This document shows positions 35,925-44,168 of a DNA stretch of 57,300 bases, in pieces. Each line of letters begins with the position of its first letter. Positions within the stretch are counted from its first letter, which is position 1. The position numbers and the translations under genes were made by a program. Where the stretch lies: IMG/VR virus record IMGVR_UViG_3300049199_000008, positions 1 through 57,300 of that record; one strand, given 5' to 3'. The notes below the pieces were generated by a model. That model searched no databases. It had not been told where the DNA came from and was given only the letters and a program-made list of their open reading frames with translations. This stretch comes from a virus.

Positions 35925-36119
35925 ATGACCGACTTTATAGACCAAACACTTGAACGCGAGGATCACATCCTAGAACAGCGTATAGCAGCCGCCAGACGCG
36001 TAACGCTACCGCCTGTAACTGGCCGATGCTTTAACTGTGATGAGCCGATAGCGGCGGGGCGGTTCTGCCCGGGCGGTGAGTGCCAAGAGGACTGGGAGAA
36101 GCGGGAGCGTGTCCGGTGA
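35925..36119 (+). CDS. TraR/DksA-type C4 zinc-finger protein
   Basis: CFNCDEPIAAGRFCPGGECQEDWEKRE. ATG 35925 lies just after the upstream stop. Confidence 0.6.
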   Translation: MTDFIDQTLEREDHILEQRIAAARRVTLPPVTGRCFNCDEPIAAGRFCPGGECQEDWEKRERVR

Positions 36120-36766
36120 ACCACAGGCAATTATGTGATGTGGCAGTTAGGTGGCTAAAGCGTGCAAACGCTCACGGCTGCCAGATAGCACTATCAGAAA
36201 TTAAGTCCGGTTGGAGCGGTGAAGTGCCTGACGCTATTGGGTTCCGCTCAATGGGCGATAGTCACGACGGATCGGTTGTTGTGGAAGTCAAAACGTCCCG
36301 TAGCGATTTTCTGGCCGACTTTAAAAAGCCCCACCGCTCTGGTGACACGGTAGGTATAGGAATGTACCGTTACTATATGTGCCCTGAAGGTGTTATACGG
36401 CCTGACGAGCTGCCAGAGCGGTGGGGTTTACTCTACGTTAATAACCGTGGGCACGTTAAGCATCTCGCTGGTGCTGTTACGTGTGAGCGCGTATACAATT
36501 GTTTTGTTGCCTTAGAGAACTGGCAGCATCCTGTAGATCACAGCCGCGAACAGTTTATTATAGTGCGACTTTTAAGCCGTCTTGGTGACGTGGAGAATAT
36601 CCACAACCAGCTTAAAGAGTTATGGCGTGAAAACCATGACTTACGGCAACGGCTGGATCAGGCTACTAAGCGTCGATTACAAACAGCCGACGCCCGCGTG
36701 TCGCGGCTTAACGTACATATCTCTGACCTTGAAAATACACTACGTCTATTCGGTGTTGAGCTGTGA
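36116..36766 (+). CDS. PD-(D/E)XK-like nuclease with a C-terminal coiled coil
   Basis: VPDAIGF...VVVEVKTSRSDF (D...E.K). GTG 36116 overlaps the upstream stop. Confidence 0.55.
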   Translation: MNHRQLCDVAVRWLKRANAHGCQIALSEIKSGWSGEVPDAIGFRSMGDSHDGSVVVEVKTSRSDFLADFKKPHRSGDTVGIGMYRYYMCPEGVIRPDELPERWGLLYVNNRGHVKHLAGAVTCERVYNCFVALENWQHPVDHSREQFIIVRLLSRLGDVENIHNQLKELWRENHDLRQRLDQATKRRLQTADARVSRLNVHISDLENTLRLFGVEL

Positions 36767-37096
36767 GAGTGTTAATCACTGGCGGGCGTGACTATAGTGA
36801 TCGTGGGGCGGTTTACGCTGCCCTTGACGCACTGCACGCCTGCTATCCTATCACCTGCATAATACATGGCGATGCCCGAGGTGCTGACAGGCTTTGTCGC
36901 GATTGGCGGAATTCCACATGAACCGCATCCGGCAGACTGGGAAAGCTATCCGCGCGCCGCTGGTGCCATACGTAATAGTCAGATGCTACTGACTAACCCT
37001 CAATACTGTGTTGCGTTCCCTGGCGGACGCGGTACGGCCGATATGATGCGTAAAGCTGCCTTACACGGATTAACGGTTTACGTACCTTATAAATAA
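36763..37096 (+). pseudogene. DUF2493/SLOG-family gene split by a +1 frame disruption near 36907
   Basis: Frame 1 reads VLITGGRDYSD...[16 protein letters not shown] and stops at 36919-36921. Frame 2 continues [11 protein letters not shown]...[10 protein letters not shown]...[10 protein letters not shown]. Confidence 0.6.
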
Positions 37097-37099
37097 TAG

Positions 37100-37128
37100 T
37101 TGACAGCGATACATTACCCGCATATATT
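37100..37128 (+). promoter_or_regulatory. Sigma70-type promoter with AAATAATAG upstream element
   Basis: TTGACA (37100-37105), 17 nt, TATATT (37123-37128). Confidence 0.55.
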
Positions 37129-37174
37129 ACTCCTACGGGCGGCATGGGGCCGCCTTATACGGAGCACGAATACA

Positions 37175-37707
37175 ATGACTGAAAAACATACTGGGCTTTA
37201 AGCGTTGAAGATTCAGCGCAATACGCCCATGCTAAAGACGCTCAGATTAACGCACAAAAAGCGGCTAAAGAACACGTTCAACAATTTATAAAATGTGACG
37301 GTGTTTTTATATCAACTACCGGTACTGTCTACCTTGGTTACAAAACTAAACCTGACTTACCCGATCTGAAAAAGAAGCCTGACGGCGACCATGAAGGCTT
37401 TGCGTTATACACAGCCCGAGCTAAAACGCTAACGGCTGACATATTAAGTCAGGCCAGAAAATTAGCTTCTGAGGCGGTCAATTTTAGCGACTTCTGTCGT
37501 ACATTGTGGCCGTTAGCAGTACGTGAGGTTATGGGTTCAGGTAACAGTCCGCACTCGTTTACATTAACGCGCACGTCGTTTGGTTGGCTTTCAGATCGCG
37601 TAGTGATGATGTTACCTTTTAGCGATGAAGAAGCTATAGATACGTCTATAGTCCCGCTAGGATTTGTGGAGTTAACTGTATCTCAATACGCTGAGTTAAG
37701 CCGTTAA
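37175..37707 (+). pseudogene. Hypothetical gene interrupted after 8 codons; a -1 shift at an A5 run restores a 177-aa ORF
   Basis: ATG 37175 reads MTEKHTGL then stop. The -1 frame is open from 37190 to 37707. A5 run at 37182-37186. Confidence 0.5.
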
Positions 37708-37728
37708 CCGACGCCACACAAACAAATT

Positions 37729-37753
37729 GCCCGCCGCGTGCGGGCTTTTTTTT
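37729..37753 (+). terminator. Rho-independent terminator ending the replication block
   Basis: GCCCGC / GCGGGC stem, 5-nt loop, T8. Confidence 0.8.
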
Positions 37754-37773
37754 ACGCCTACAGGTTACTAAAT

Positions 37774-37964
37774 TGTTAATCTCATCTTTTCTGTTAACAC
37801 CAAAGTAACACGCGGTATATCAGCCGCCTGCAAATGTTAATCTCAACTTGTAGCAGCAACATAAGTTAACAGATTGTTAATCTCAAATCCTAGCATTAAC
37901 AATTCATCTACAACACCGTTACCCACATCAGGTAAAATTGTTAATCCCAGACGTAGCATTAACA
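37774..37964. promoter_or_regulatory. Array of four 26-27 bp inverted-repeat boxes (putative operator/iteron sites)
   Basis: TGTTAATCYCA-N4-5-T(A/G/C)(G/T)(C/G)(A/T)(T/G)(T/C)AACA at 37774-37799, 37835-37861, 37875-37901 and 37939-37964. Arms TGTTAAT / ATTAACA are reverse complements. Confidence 0.6.
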
Positions 37965-37994
37965 TTGTTAACAATTATTTAACCATGAAATCTA

Positions 37995-38241
37995 AATGTT
38001 TGTTCTATTAGTGGGTACAGAAAATAGTTTGGATATTGCACTTTAAAGTAAACCTTGCACTTTAAAGTGAAAGACAGAAGTGCTTGATTCCACACGTAAA
38101 ATCCCTACTTCTTTTACTTCTTATATATTTTTCTTATAACTTTTATAAATAAAGAAATAGTATATAAAGTATACAATAAAGAGATATTAGAAAAGATATA
38201 TAGAAAATGTATATGAAGTGCAAGGACTTCTTTTAGGTACA
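37995..38241. repeat. AT-rich ORF-less element, copy A (copy B at 53554..53800)
   Basis: Colinear, gap-free alignment with copy B; about 15 substitutions by eye. Contains 4 GCACTT motifs and the palindrome CACTTTAAAGTG. Confidence 0.9.
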
Positions 38242-38341
38242 ACTTCCATTCTGTTAACAAACTCATAACAACCCGTTGTTGTGGCAATCCGCGCCGAGTT
38301 GCGTTACACTGACCCTACCAAAACTTACAGGAGCTTAACCG

Positions 38342-38998
38342 ATGACCGACCTGACCGTAGAGCAGCGTCAGGACCTACCAGAACTGACAGAACGCCAGAA
38401 GCGTGCAGCAGCTGAACTGAACCCGTATCAACTGGAATTCGCTAGGCGGTGGTTAGAGCGTCACGTTTCTGGCGATTCTGAGGCCGCGTGCTACCTTGCA
38501 GCGTATCCAAACGCTTCGGACTACAAGGGGGCCAGCGTAAACGCCGGACGCATCCTGAAGCTTCCCAAGGTGCAAGAATTCATCGAGGCAATGCAGGAAA
38601 CTGGAACACTCAAATCAACCGTTGCGACGCTGGAAGAAATCCAGGAGCAGCTGACCGAGACTATCCGGGCTGACATCACGGAGATCGTCGAGTGGGATAC
38701 CACCGATGCGGGTGAGCCGATACCAGTGATTAAAAATCTGTCCGAGCTTGAACCGCGATTACGCCGCTTGGTCAAGTCGATTACGTGGACCAAGAACGGC
38801 CCGAAAATCGAGCTACACGACGCCAGCAAAGCGCAGGACATGCTGATCCGGATGCAGGGGGGCTACAAGGACCGCCTAGAGCTTGGGGGTTCGGTCGTAA
38901 GCGCTACGGTTGAGCTGGACGCATCCGACCCGCTCAAGGCTGCTGCGGATTACACCGCGATGATCAGGGGGCTTGACGCCGCTGGCGGAAAGCGTTAA
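38342..38998 (+). CDS. terS: Terminase small subunit
   Basis: QLEFARRWLE...SEAACYLAAYPNASDYKGASVNAGRILKLPKVQEFI resembles the Terminase_2-type N-terminal HTH region. GGAG SD. Confidence 0.7.
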   Translation: MTDLTVEQRQDLPELTERQKRAAAELNPYQLEFARRWLERHVSGDSEAACYLAAYPNASDYKGASVNAGRILKLPKVQEFIEAMQETGTLKSTVATLEEIQEQLTETIRADITEIVEWDTTDAGEPIPVIKNLSELEPRLRRLVKSITWTKNGPKIELHDASKAQDMLIRMQGGYKDRLELGGSVVSATVELDASDPLKAAADYTAMIRGLDAAGGKR

Positions 38999-39292
38999 TC
39001 TGAATTGACCCCGACGAGTCTGGACGCTCCGCCAGCCGTCGGTGTGTCGCTTAACCGGAGCAGGAGTGTGGATATGCGTGAAGTTGACTGGGGTTTGAAC
39101 GTAGGCGGTGGCGGCGGTAACGTCGAACAGGACTGGGGTTTAGACCCGTAGCCGCACAAACAATCGGAACGGGAATCGGTACCTTGACTGACCGTTCGAC
39201 GCCTTAAGTGGCACCAAGGACTCGTAAACAACGCGGAGCAGCGATGTTATCGGACCTTAACCGCCACACCACGAACAATCGGAGCAAACGAT

Positions 39293-39721
39293 ATGGTTGA
39301 TTCTTACAGACCCTCCAGAATATACGAATTTGGCGGAGATATTACCGACCCAAGTTTAGGTGTGGCAGAAGCCCACAGCCCGTTAATCTGCGCTGAGGCG
39401 CATAACCCAGCTTTCCGCTGGGAAGCGGGCTCGATGTATAACTCAGTCGAAGTACCAGATGGTTATATCGCCGAATATGTTTTAGGCGACCCGAATCCGA
39501 TGTTAATCCAGATTTCAGGACACCGCCACGTGCAACCACACCAAGCCCGAGTAATCACTGAATCCCAGTACATCGCCACACGCCTTACAGCGCTTCAAGC
39601 GTTTATCAAGTCTGACAGCTACCAGTCTGTGGACACCGCCGAGCAAGGTCGATTGCTGCGCCAAGAGCTACTCATGGTTGACCTGCTGGCAGTGCTTAAC
39701 GAGCGGATAGCGGCGTGGTAA
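39293..39721 (+). CDS. Hypothetical protein
   Basis: ORF track, 142 aa; GGAG SD. C-terminal helical LLRQELLMVDLLAVLNERI. Confidence 0.55.
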   Translation: MVDSYRPSRIYEFGGDITDPSLGVAEAHSPLICAEAHNPAFRWEAGSMYNSVEVPDGYIAEYVLGDPNPMLIQISGHRHVQPHQARVITESQYIATRLTALQAFIKSDSYQSVDTAEQGRLLRQELLMVDLLAVLNERIAAW

Positions 39722-39928
39722 CCACCCAGCGCCTTGAGCATTCCCAGTATATCCTAAGCCGCATCGAATCATGGCCGCCGCTATCAGCCGCGCAACCAAC
39801 ACACCGAAGCGGCTCGCTGCTGTTACGCGGTAATAACGTGTGGGACGGTGAGCGGTATGTACCAGCACCAGCAGTTACGGTGAGCTGCGCAGTACCGTTA
39901 GAGTTTGACAGGGGTGATTGGTCGCGTT

Positions 39929-39948
39929 GCGCCCCGTAGGGCGCTTCT
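39929..39948. terminator. GC hairpin between convergent genes (weak terminator)
   Basis: GCGCCC-cgta-GGGCGC followed by TTCT only. Confidence 0.3.
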
Positions 39949-39953
39949 GGTGG

Positions 39954-40256
39954 TTAAAAGTCACCATCACCAATGCTAATAACTTCACTATAGCTAAGCG
40001 CTATTAAGTCTTGTTGAGGGTCACCGTCTTGGCTATGACTTGCTCCGAGCATCAAACATAAGCCCCCAGATGCGGTATAAAATGTAGCGTCCGGAAAGCT
40101 TAATTTAACCTCATCAAGCAAAGCAGCCAAATTCTTAACGGCTTTATTCATACGTCTTTCCATTGTTGGGATTTTTTCACAAAGAAAGTCATTAGCTGAT
40201 GTGTACTTGCCATTGTTTAGCAGCTCTAAAACATCATCTTCAAAATAAGATTTCAT
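39954..40256 (-). CDS. Hypothetical protein, antisense cassette 4 (between terS and terL)
   Basis: ATG 40256 (MKSYFEDD) with GAGGAA SD. AT-rich relative to its flanks. Confidence 0.6.
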   Translation of the reverse strand: MKSYFEDDVLELLNNGKYTSANDFLCEKIPTMERRMNKAVKNLAALLDEVKLSFPDATFYTASGGLCLMLGASHSQDGDPQQDLIALSYSEVISIGDGDF

Positions 40257-40294
40257 TTTAATTTCCTCAGTTGTTCGCATTATTGCGTTGCTTA

Positions 40295-40368
40295 ACGATA
40301 TCCGCACCACATTCAACTGTCAACCACTATTTTAAAATATTTCACCACTGCCCCACGCATGGTAAACT
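40295..40368. promoter_or_regulatory. Divergent promoter cassette
   Basis: Minus strand: TTGACA (40323-40318), 17 nt, TATCGT (40300-40295). TATTTTAAAATA palindrome. Plus strand: TG-g-TAAACT (40360-40368). Confidence 0.55.
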
Positions 40369-40392
40369 CTTACCACTACAGGAGCACACCTT

Positions 40393-42090
40393 ATGAGATG
40401 GCTAGACCGTTACGCCGATGACAGCCGCGTATGGACGCATGAAAACCGACCCGATTACGGCAAGGAATACGCACGCCGCGCTAAGCTGCTCGGTATCCTA
40501 CGCACCGACCCTAAAGCGCGTGTAACGACCCTAGCACATTACCGTAACTCACCGGTTGATTTTATCCTCGACTGGATAACCACGTATGACCCGCGTAACG
40601 CATCGCGTGGTATGCCTACTACCATGCCGTTCTGTATGTTCCCACGCCAGATAGATTACGTTCAGTTTCTGCACGAATGCGTACAGGACGAGCAGGGCGG
40701 ACTGGTCGAGAAGTGTCGGGACATGGGCGCCAGTTATGTGACGCTGGCTTATGCTGTGTGGGCGTGGCTATTCATGCCTGGAACTGCTATCGGCGTCGGT
40801 AGCCGTAAGGAAATTCTTGTAGACCGCATTGGCGATCCTGACTCACTGTTGCAGAAAGTCCGCGATATGATCGACATGCTGCCGCGCGACTTGTTCTGGC
40901 CGAAGGGTTTTAAGCCGAAAGACCACATGCCGAGCATGAAGATAGTTAACCCAGCTAACGGCGCTATCATATCTGGTGAGGCTGGCGATAATATCGGTCG
41001 TGGCGGTCGTAAGATGATTTTTATCACCGATGAGTCGGCTCACTACGAGCGGCCAGAGCTTATCGAAGCTGCACTTGCTGATAACACTAACGTGCGTATA
41101 GATATATCCTCTGTTAACGGCCCAGGTAACGTATTCCATCGCCGTAGGATGGCTGGCGAAGTGTGGGAGCCCGGCAAACGCATGACGCCTGGTAAAACCC
41201 GCGTATTTATCATGGACTGGCGCGACCACCCTGCGAAAGACCAAGCATGGTACGACGCCCGCCGCCAGCGTGCAGAGGATGAAGGTTTGCTGCATAAATT
41301 CGCGCAAGAAGTTGACCGCGATTATAACTCAGCGGTGGAAGGCGTGCTGATACCGTCTGCATGGGTACAGGCTGCAATCAACGCGCATGAACGGCTGGAT
41401 TACTGGGAGCCGTCGGGCATGTGGGTAGCAGGTCAGGACGTTGCAGACAGCGGCGGGGATGTTAACGCGCTGGTCATTGCTCAGGGCAGCATAGTAAGGT
41501 ACACCGAGAAAGACGGCCGCGAGGTTGACCAAGCTATACCGCACCTGATGCTGACTGCCACACTATGGGGCGTTAAGGTGTACCAGTACGAGGTGACAGG
41601 GGTAGGTACGGCGCCTAAAGTCGCTGCACGCCAGTACACGCAGTTTGAAGCCATCCCGTGGTCACCTTCAGGCGGCGTGGTGAATCCTAACGCGGATGAC
41701 ATCGCCGGTACGCAAGTGGGTGAGCCTGACCGCATGTGTAACAGAGATTACTTTGCGAACGCTAACGCCCAGGCTGCATGGAATTTGCGGTTACGGTTCC
41801 AGCGCACGTACAAGGCCGTTGTTATGGGGGAGCGTCAGTCGCCGGATGATATGATAAGCATACCGCCAGAGGACTACGAGCTGATACAAGAGTTATCACA
41901 GCCGACCTATACCAGTACACCTAAAATCACGATAAACAAAAAGCCCAACGGCGCTAAGTCGCCTAACAAATTCGATGCACTGAAAATATGCTTTGCGCCC
42001 CGGCAGCGGCGGGTGGTTGCTTTAGAGTACGGGGTGGAGACGTCAGGCGCTGTACCAGTAATGGCCGGAGCGCCTGAGTTGGTGTTTTAA
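40393..42090 (+). CDS. terL: Terminase large subunit
   Basis: 565 aa. ATPase-like IFITDESAH (Walker B) and a C-terminal nuclease-like region. Position after terS. Confidence 0.8.
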   Translation: MRWLDRYADDSRVWTHENRPDYGKEYARRAKLLGILRTDPKARVTTLAHYRNSPVDFILDWITTYDPRNASRGMPTTMPFCMFPRQIDYVQFLHECVQDEQGGLVEKCRDMGASYVTLAYAVWAWLFMPGTAIGVGSRKEILVDRIGDPDSLLQKVRDMIDMLPRDLFWPKGFKPKDHMPSMKIVNPANGAIISGEAGDNIGRGGRKMIFITDESAHYERPELIEAALADNTNVRIDISSVNGPGNVFHRRRMAGEVWEPGKRMTPGKTRVFIMDWRDHPAKDQAWYDARRQRAEDEGLLHKFAQEVDRDYNSAVEGVLIPSAWVQAAINAHERLDYWEPSGMWVAGQDVADSGGDVNALVIAQGSIVRYTEKDGREVDQAIPHLMLTATLWGVKVYQYEVTGVGTAPKVAARQYTQFEAIPWSPSGGVVNPNADDIAGTQVGEPDRMCNRDYFANANAQAAWNLRLRFQRTYKAVVMGERQSPDDMISIPPEDYELIQELSQPTYTSTPKITINKKPNGAKSPNKFDALKICFAPRQRRVVALEYGVETSGAVPVMAGAPELVF

Positions 42091-42272
42091 GCTGTGGCGG
42101 TGACGTGCCGCACCTTACGCTCTGGTGGGGTTTTCAGTACGTAGCGTAGTACCCAGGCGCTGGCCGCAAATAAGTACACGCTAAGCAGTAGGTCGCAACC
42201 AGTAGCTACCCTAAAGCCGTTAAGTGAACCAATACATACAGCGGCTATCAGTGCGTCACGGCTTTCAAACAT
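42087..42272 (-). CDS. Small membrane protein, antisense cassette 5
   Basis: Two hydrophobic helices. Its stop overlaps the terL stop (TTAA). Confidence 0.5.
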   Translation of the reverse strand: MFESRDALIAAVCIGSLNGFRVATGCDLLLSVYLFAASAWVLRYVLKTPPERKVRHVTATA

Positions 42273-42326
42273 CGATTGTGCTAAAGACGCGCAACACTCG
42301 TTAAACGATAGTTCAGATGCTATAGG

Positions 42327-42689
42327 TCACATGACAAAGACCATAAGCCCTACACCTGCGTACCAGTCGAAAAGGAATTTAAGCACGTCAAGGTAGTTAA
42401 ACGTGTCGGCTTCGTCGTTTAGTGTGATAGGCCCTATATAGACTTTATAAGCGACAACTATAGAAACTATCGCTACCATACCAGCAGTTATAAGCCACGC
42501 CAGCTTTACTGGTCGCGTTTTACGCAACTGTAAATCGCCGTTAGTGATTAAGGCACTTGAAATGTGAACGATACCAGGCGCGACTAAAATCCACATTATT
42601 GGCATCTGCCACAGTGCTAAACCATAAGCGACGCAAAGCGCTGACATAGTTAAGTTACGGATAATGAGTAGGTAAATATCAGTTAGCAT
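42327..42689 (-). CDS. Multi-pass membrane protein, antisense cassette 5
   Basis: About four hydrophobic helices in 120 aa. Confidence 0.6.
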   Translation of the reverse strand: MLTDIYLLIIRNLTMSALCVAYGLALWQMPIMWILVAPGIVHISSALITNGDLQLRKTRPVKLAWLITAGMVAIVSIVVAYKVYIGPITLNDEADTFNYLDVLKFLFDWYAGVGLMVFVM

Positions 42690-42960
42690 CGATAGTATCC
42701 TCTACGTTATTAACCGCTTCGGCCAGCAGCCATACAACCACTGGACCGGATAGCCACAGTGATAGTCCTACCAGCTCACATGCAGCAGCGACCAAGGCGA
42801 TCAGCGGCAGGTAGTATGACAGTAGCTGGATGCGGTACTCTGGGGCTGTAGCGGCTGGTGCCTCGTAAGGTTGCCATAAATTCTTAACGTACCCGCCAGT
42901 AGCAAAATGATGACACTCAGTATCGTTGTAATGTGCCAGTCGTTGTTTATAGTCATTCAT
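42679..42960 (-). CDS. Membrane protein, antisense cassette 5
   Basis: C-terminal helices LLSYYLPLIALVAAACELVGLSLWLSGPVVVWLL. Confidence 0.6.
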   Translation of the reverse strand: MNDYKQRLAHYNDTECHHFATGGYVKNLWQPYEAPAATAPEYRIQLLSYYLPLIALVAAACELVGLSLWLSGPVVVWLLAEAVNNVEDTIDAN

Positions 42961-42965
42961 CGCCG

Positions 42966-43187
42966 TTACTCCTGAAAGACGCCAAAACCAGCCGCCGCTA
43001 AATGTTTAAGCAGTATTAAACCGCCGTCAATATTATCACCGCGTTGCTCAGCACTTGCAGCAACCATAGCCGCGCCAAGTCTGCTGGCGATTGTGTTATC
43101 TGGCTGGTGCTGATAGCTATACGCGCGCTTAGTACCTGGCGCGTCGTAGTATTTGCCGTAGACGCCTATCTCTCTGCTGTTACTCAT
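42966..43187 (-). CDS. Hypothetical small protein, antisense cassette 5
   Basis: ORF track, 73 aa. First gene after the minus-strand promoter. Confidence 0.55.
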   Translation of the reverse strand: MSNSREIGVYGKYYDAPGTKRAYSYQHQPDNTIASRLGAAMVAASAEQRGDNIDGGLILLKHLAAAGFGVFQE

Positions 43188-43221
43188 CGCCCCGCTCCTA
43201 GTTATTAATCAGTTCGCAGAA

Positions 43222-43265
43222 ACTATAAAACAACGGTTGACAAATATCAAGCACTAATCTAGGCT
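43222..43265. promoter_or_regulatory. Overlapping divergent sigma70-type promoters
   Basis: Plus strand: TTGACA (43237-43242), 17 nt, TAGGCT (43260-43265). Minus strand: TTGATA (43250-43245), 17 nt, TATAGT (43227-43222). Confidence 0.5.
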
Positions 43266-43294
43266 GAACGAAATTAATAAAACGGAGTATAGAT

Positions 43295-43588
43295 ATGGTT
43301 TACACACTACCATCCGGCCTAGCGTCGTTTGAAACTACCGGTGGCACGTTACCTACTGAGGAGTGGCACATACCTGGTCGCGCCGCTGACCGCAATAAAG
43401 CACTGCGTGAAGCGCTGAAAGAATGCCACAGGTTGCAGTCGGAGCTGGAGCGGGTAAGGCACGCTGCGTTAGAGCTTCACGGGGTTATTCAGGAATTTAA
43501 ATCGCTACCGAGTAAATGTCTTGAGCGTGCAATGTTTGATACCGCTGACCGCTACGAAGCGCGTATTAAAGCGGGCCTACAGTCATGA
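43295..43588 (+). CDS. Hypothetical protein
   Basis: ORF track; GGAG SD. Confidence 0.55.
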   Translation: MVYTLPSGLASFETTGGTLPTEEWHIPGRAADRNKALREALKECHRLQSELERVRHAALELHGVIQEFKSLPSKCLERAMFDTADRYEARIKAGLQS

Positions 43589-43989
43589 CAGCCACACTCA
43601 TGCTCGCAACGCCGCTCGGTATGCGGCAACTTAACACCCGTGAAGTCACGACGCACTGCGCCAGGATAATCGGGCTACCGCTGTTTTGTAGCGGGGATGT
43701 CGTTGACGGCTACGTGTGGCAGTCTGAGACGCCGCTATCCGATGCTTACCTTGTCCGCCGTAATTTTGACCGTGATGGATTTGAATTAGCACAACTGCAA
43801 TTCGCCCCATTGACTGATGACGGCGACGCGCTGCTGGTAGCTGCTAAACTCAGTCTGACCATTCAGTTTAAAACCGACAGCGTAAAAGTCGGTAAAATTG
43901 AAGTACCCACACGCGGCTCTGCGCCGTATTACATTAAATTAGCAATGCGCGAGGCCATCTGCCTGAGCGCCATGAGGGCTGAAATATGA
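43585..43989 (+). CDS. Hypothetical protein
   Basis: ORF track; ATGA overlap. Confidence 0.55.
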   Translation: MTATLMLATPLGMRQLNTREVTTHCARIIGLPLFCSGDVVDGYVWQSETPLSDAYLVRRNFDRDGFELAQLQFAPLTDDGDALLVAAKLSLTIQFKTDSVKVGKIEVPTRGSAPYYIKLAMREAICLSAMRAEI

Positions 43990-44168
43990 TCCTAACCACA
44001 CTATTAGTCGTCTGCATCCTCGCTATGTGCTGGATGGCCTACAGCGGCAGTAAAGTCTGTCAACGCACTGAAAAGCTGCTTGACGCTGTTGAATATTACA
44101 CATTCAGACTGTTAGCGTTTATCGTGGCGGTCTGTCTCGTTATGATTGGGGTGACTTATGGATCGTAA
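43986..44168 (+). CDS. Small membrane protein
   Basis: Two hydrophobic helices; ATGA overlap. Confidence 0.5.
   Translation: MILTTLLVVCILAMCWMAYSGSKVCQRTEKLLDAVEYYTFRLLAFIVAVCLVMIGVTYGS

Noticed and set aside
37995-38241. Small ORFs inside the duplicated element: a plus-strand 16-aa MFVLLVGTENSLDIAL present in both copies, and a minus-strand GTG-initiated frame of about 40 aa.
   Set aside because: Neither has an SD. All differences between the two copies of the minus-strand frame are non-synonymous and its ends differ between copies. The 16-aa frame is too short to evaluate.
38280-38305. TGGCAA...TTGCG upstream of terS as a possible sigma54 (-24/-12) promoter.
   Set aside because: The GG-to-GC spacing is 18 nt rather than the required ~12 nt.
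39715-39939. A 74-aa ORF downstream of 39293..39721.
   Set aside because: It has no SD, overlaps the preceding stop out of context, has a low-complexity product and ends in the hairpin region. It was left unannotated.
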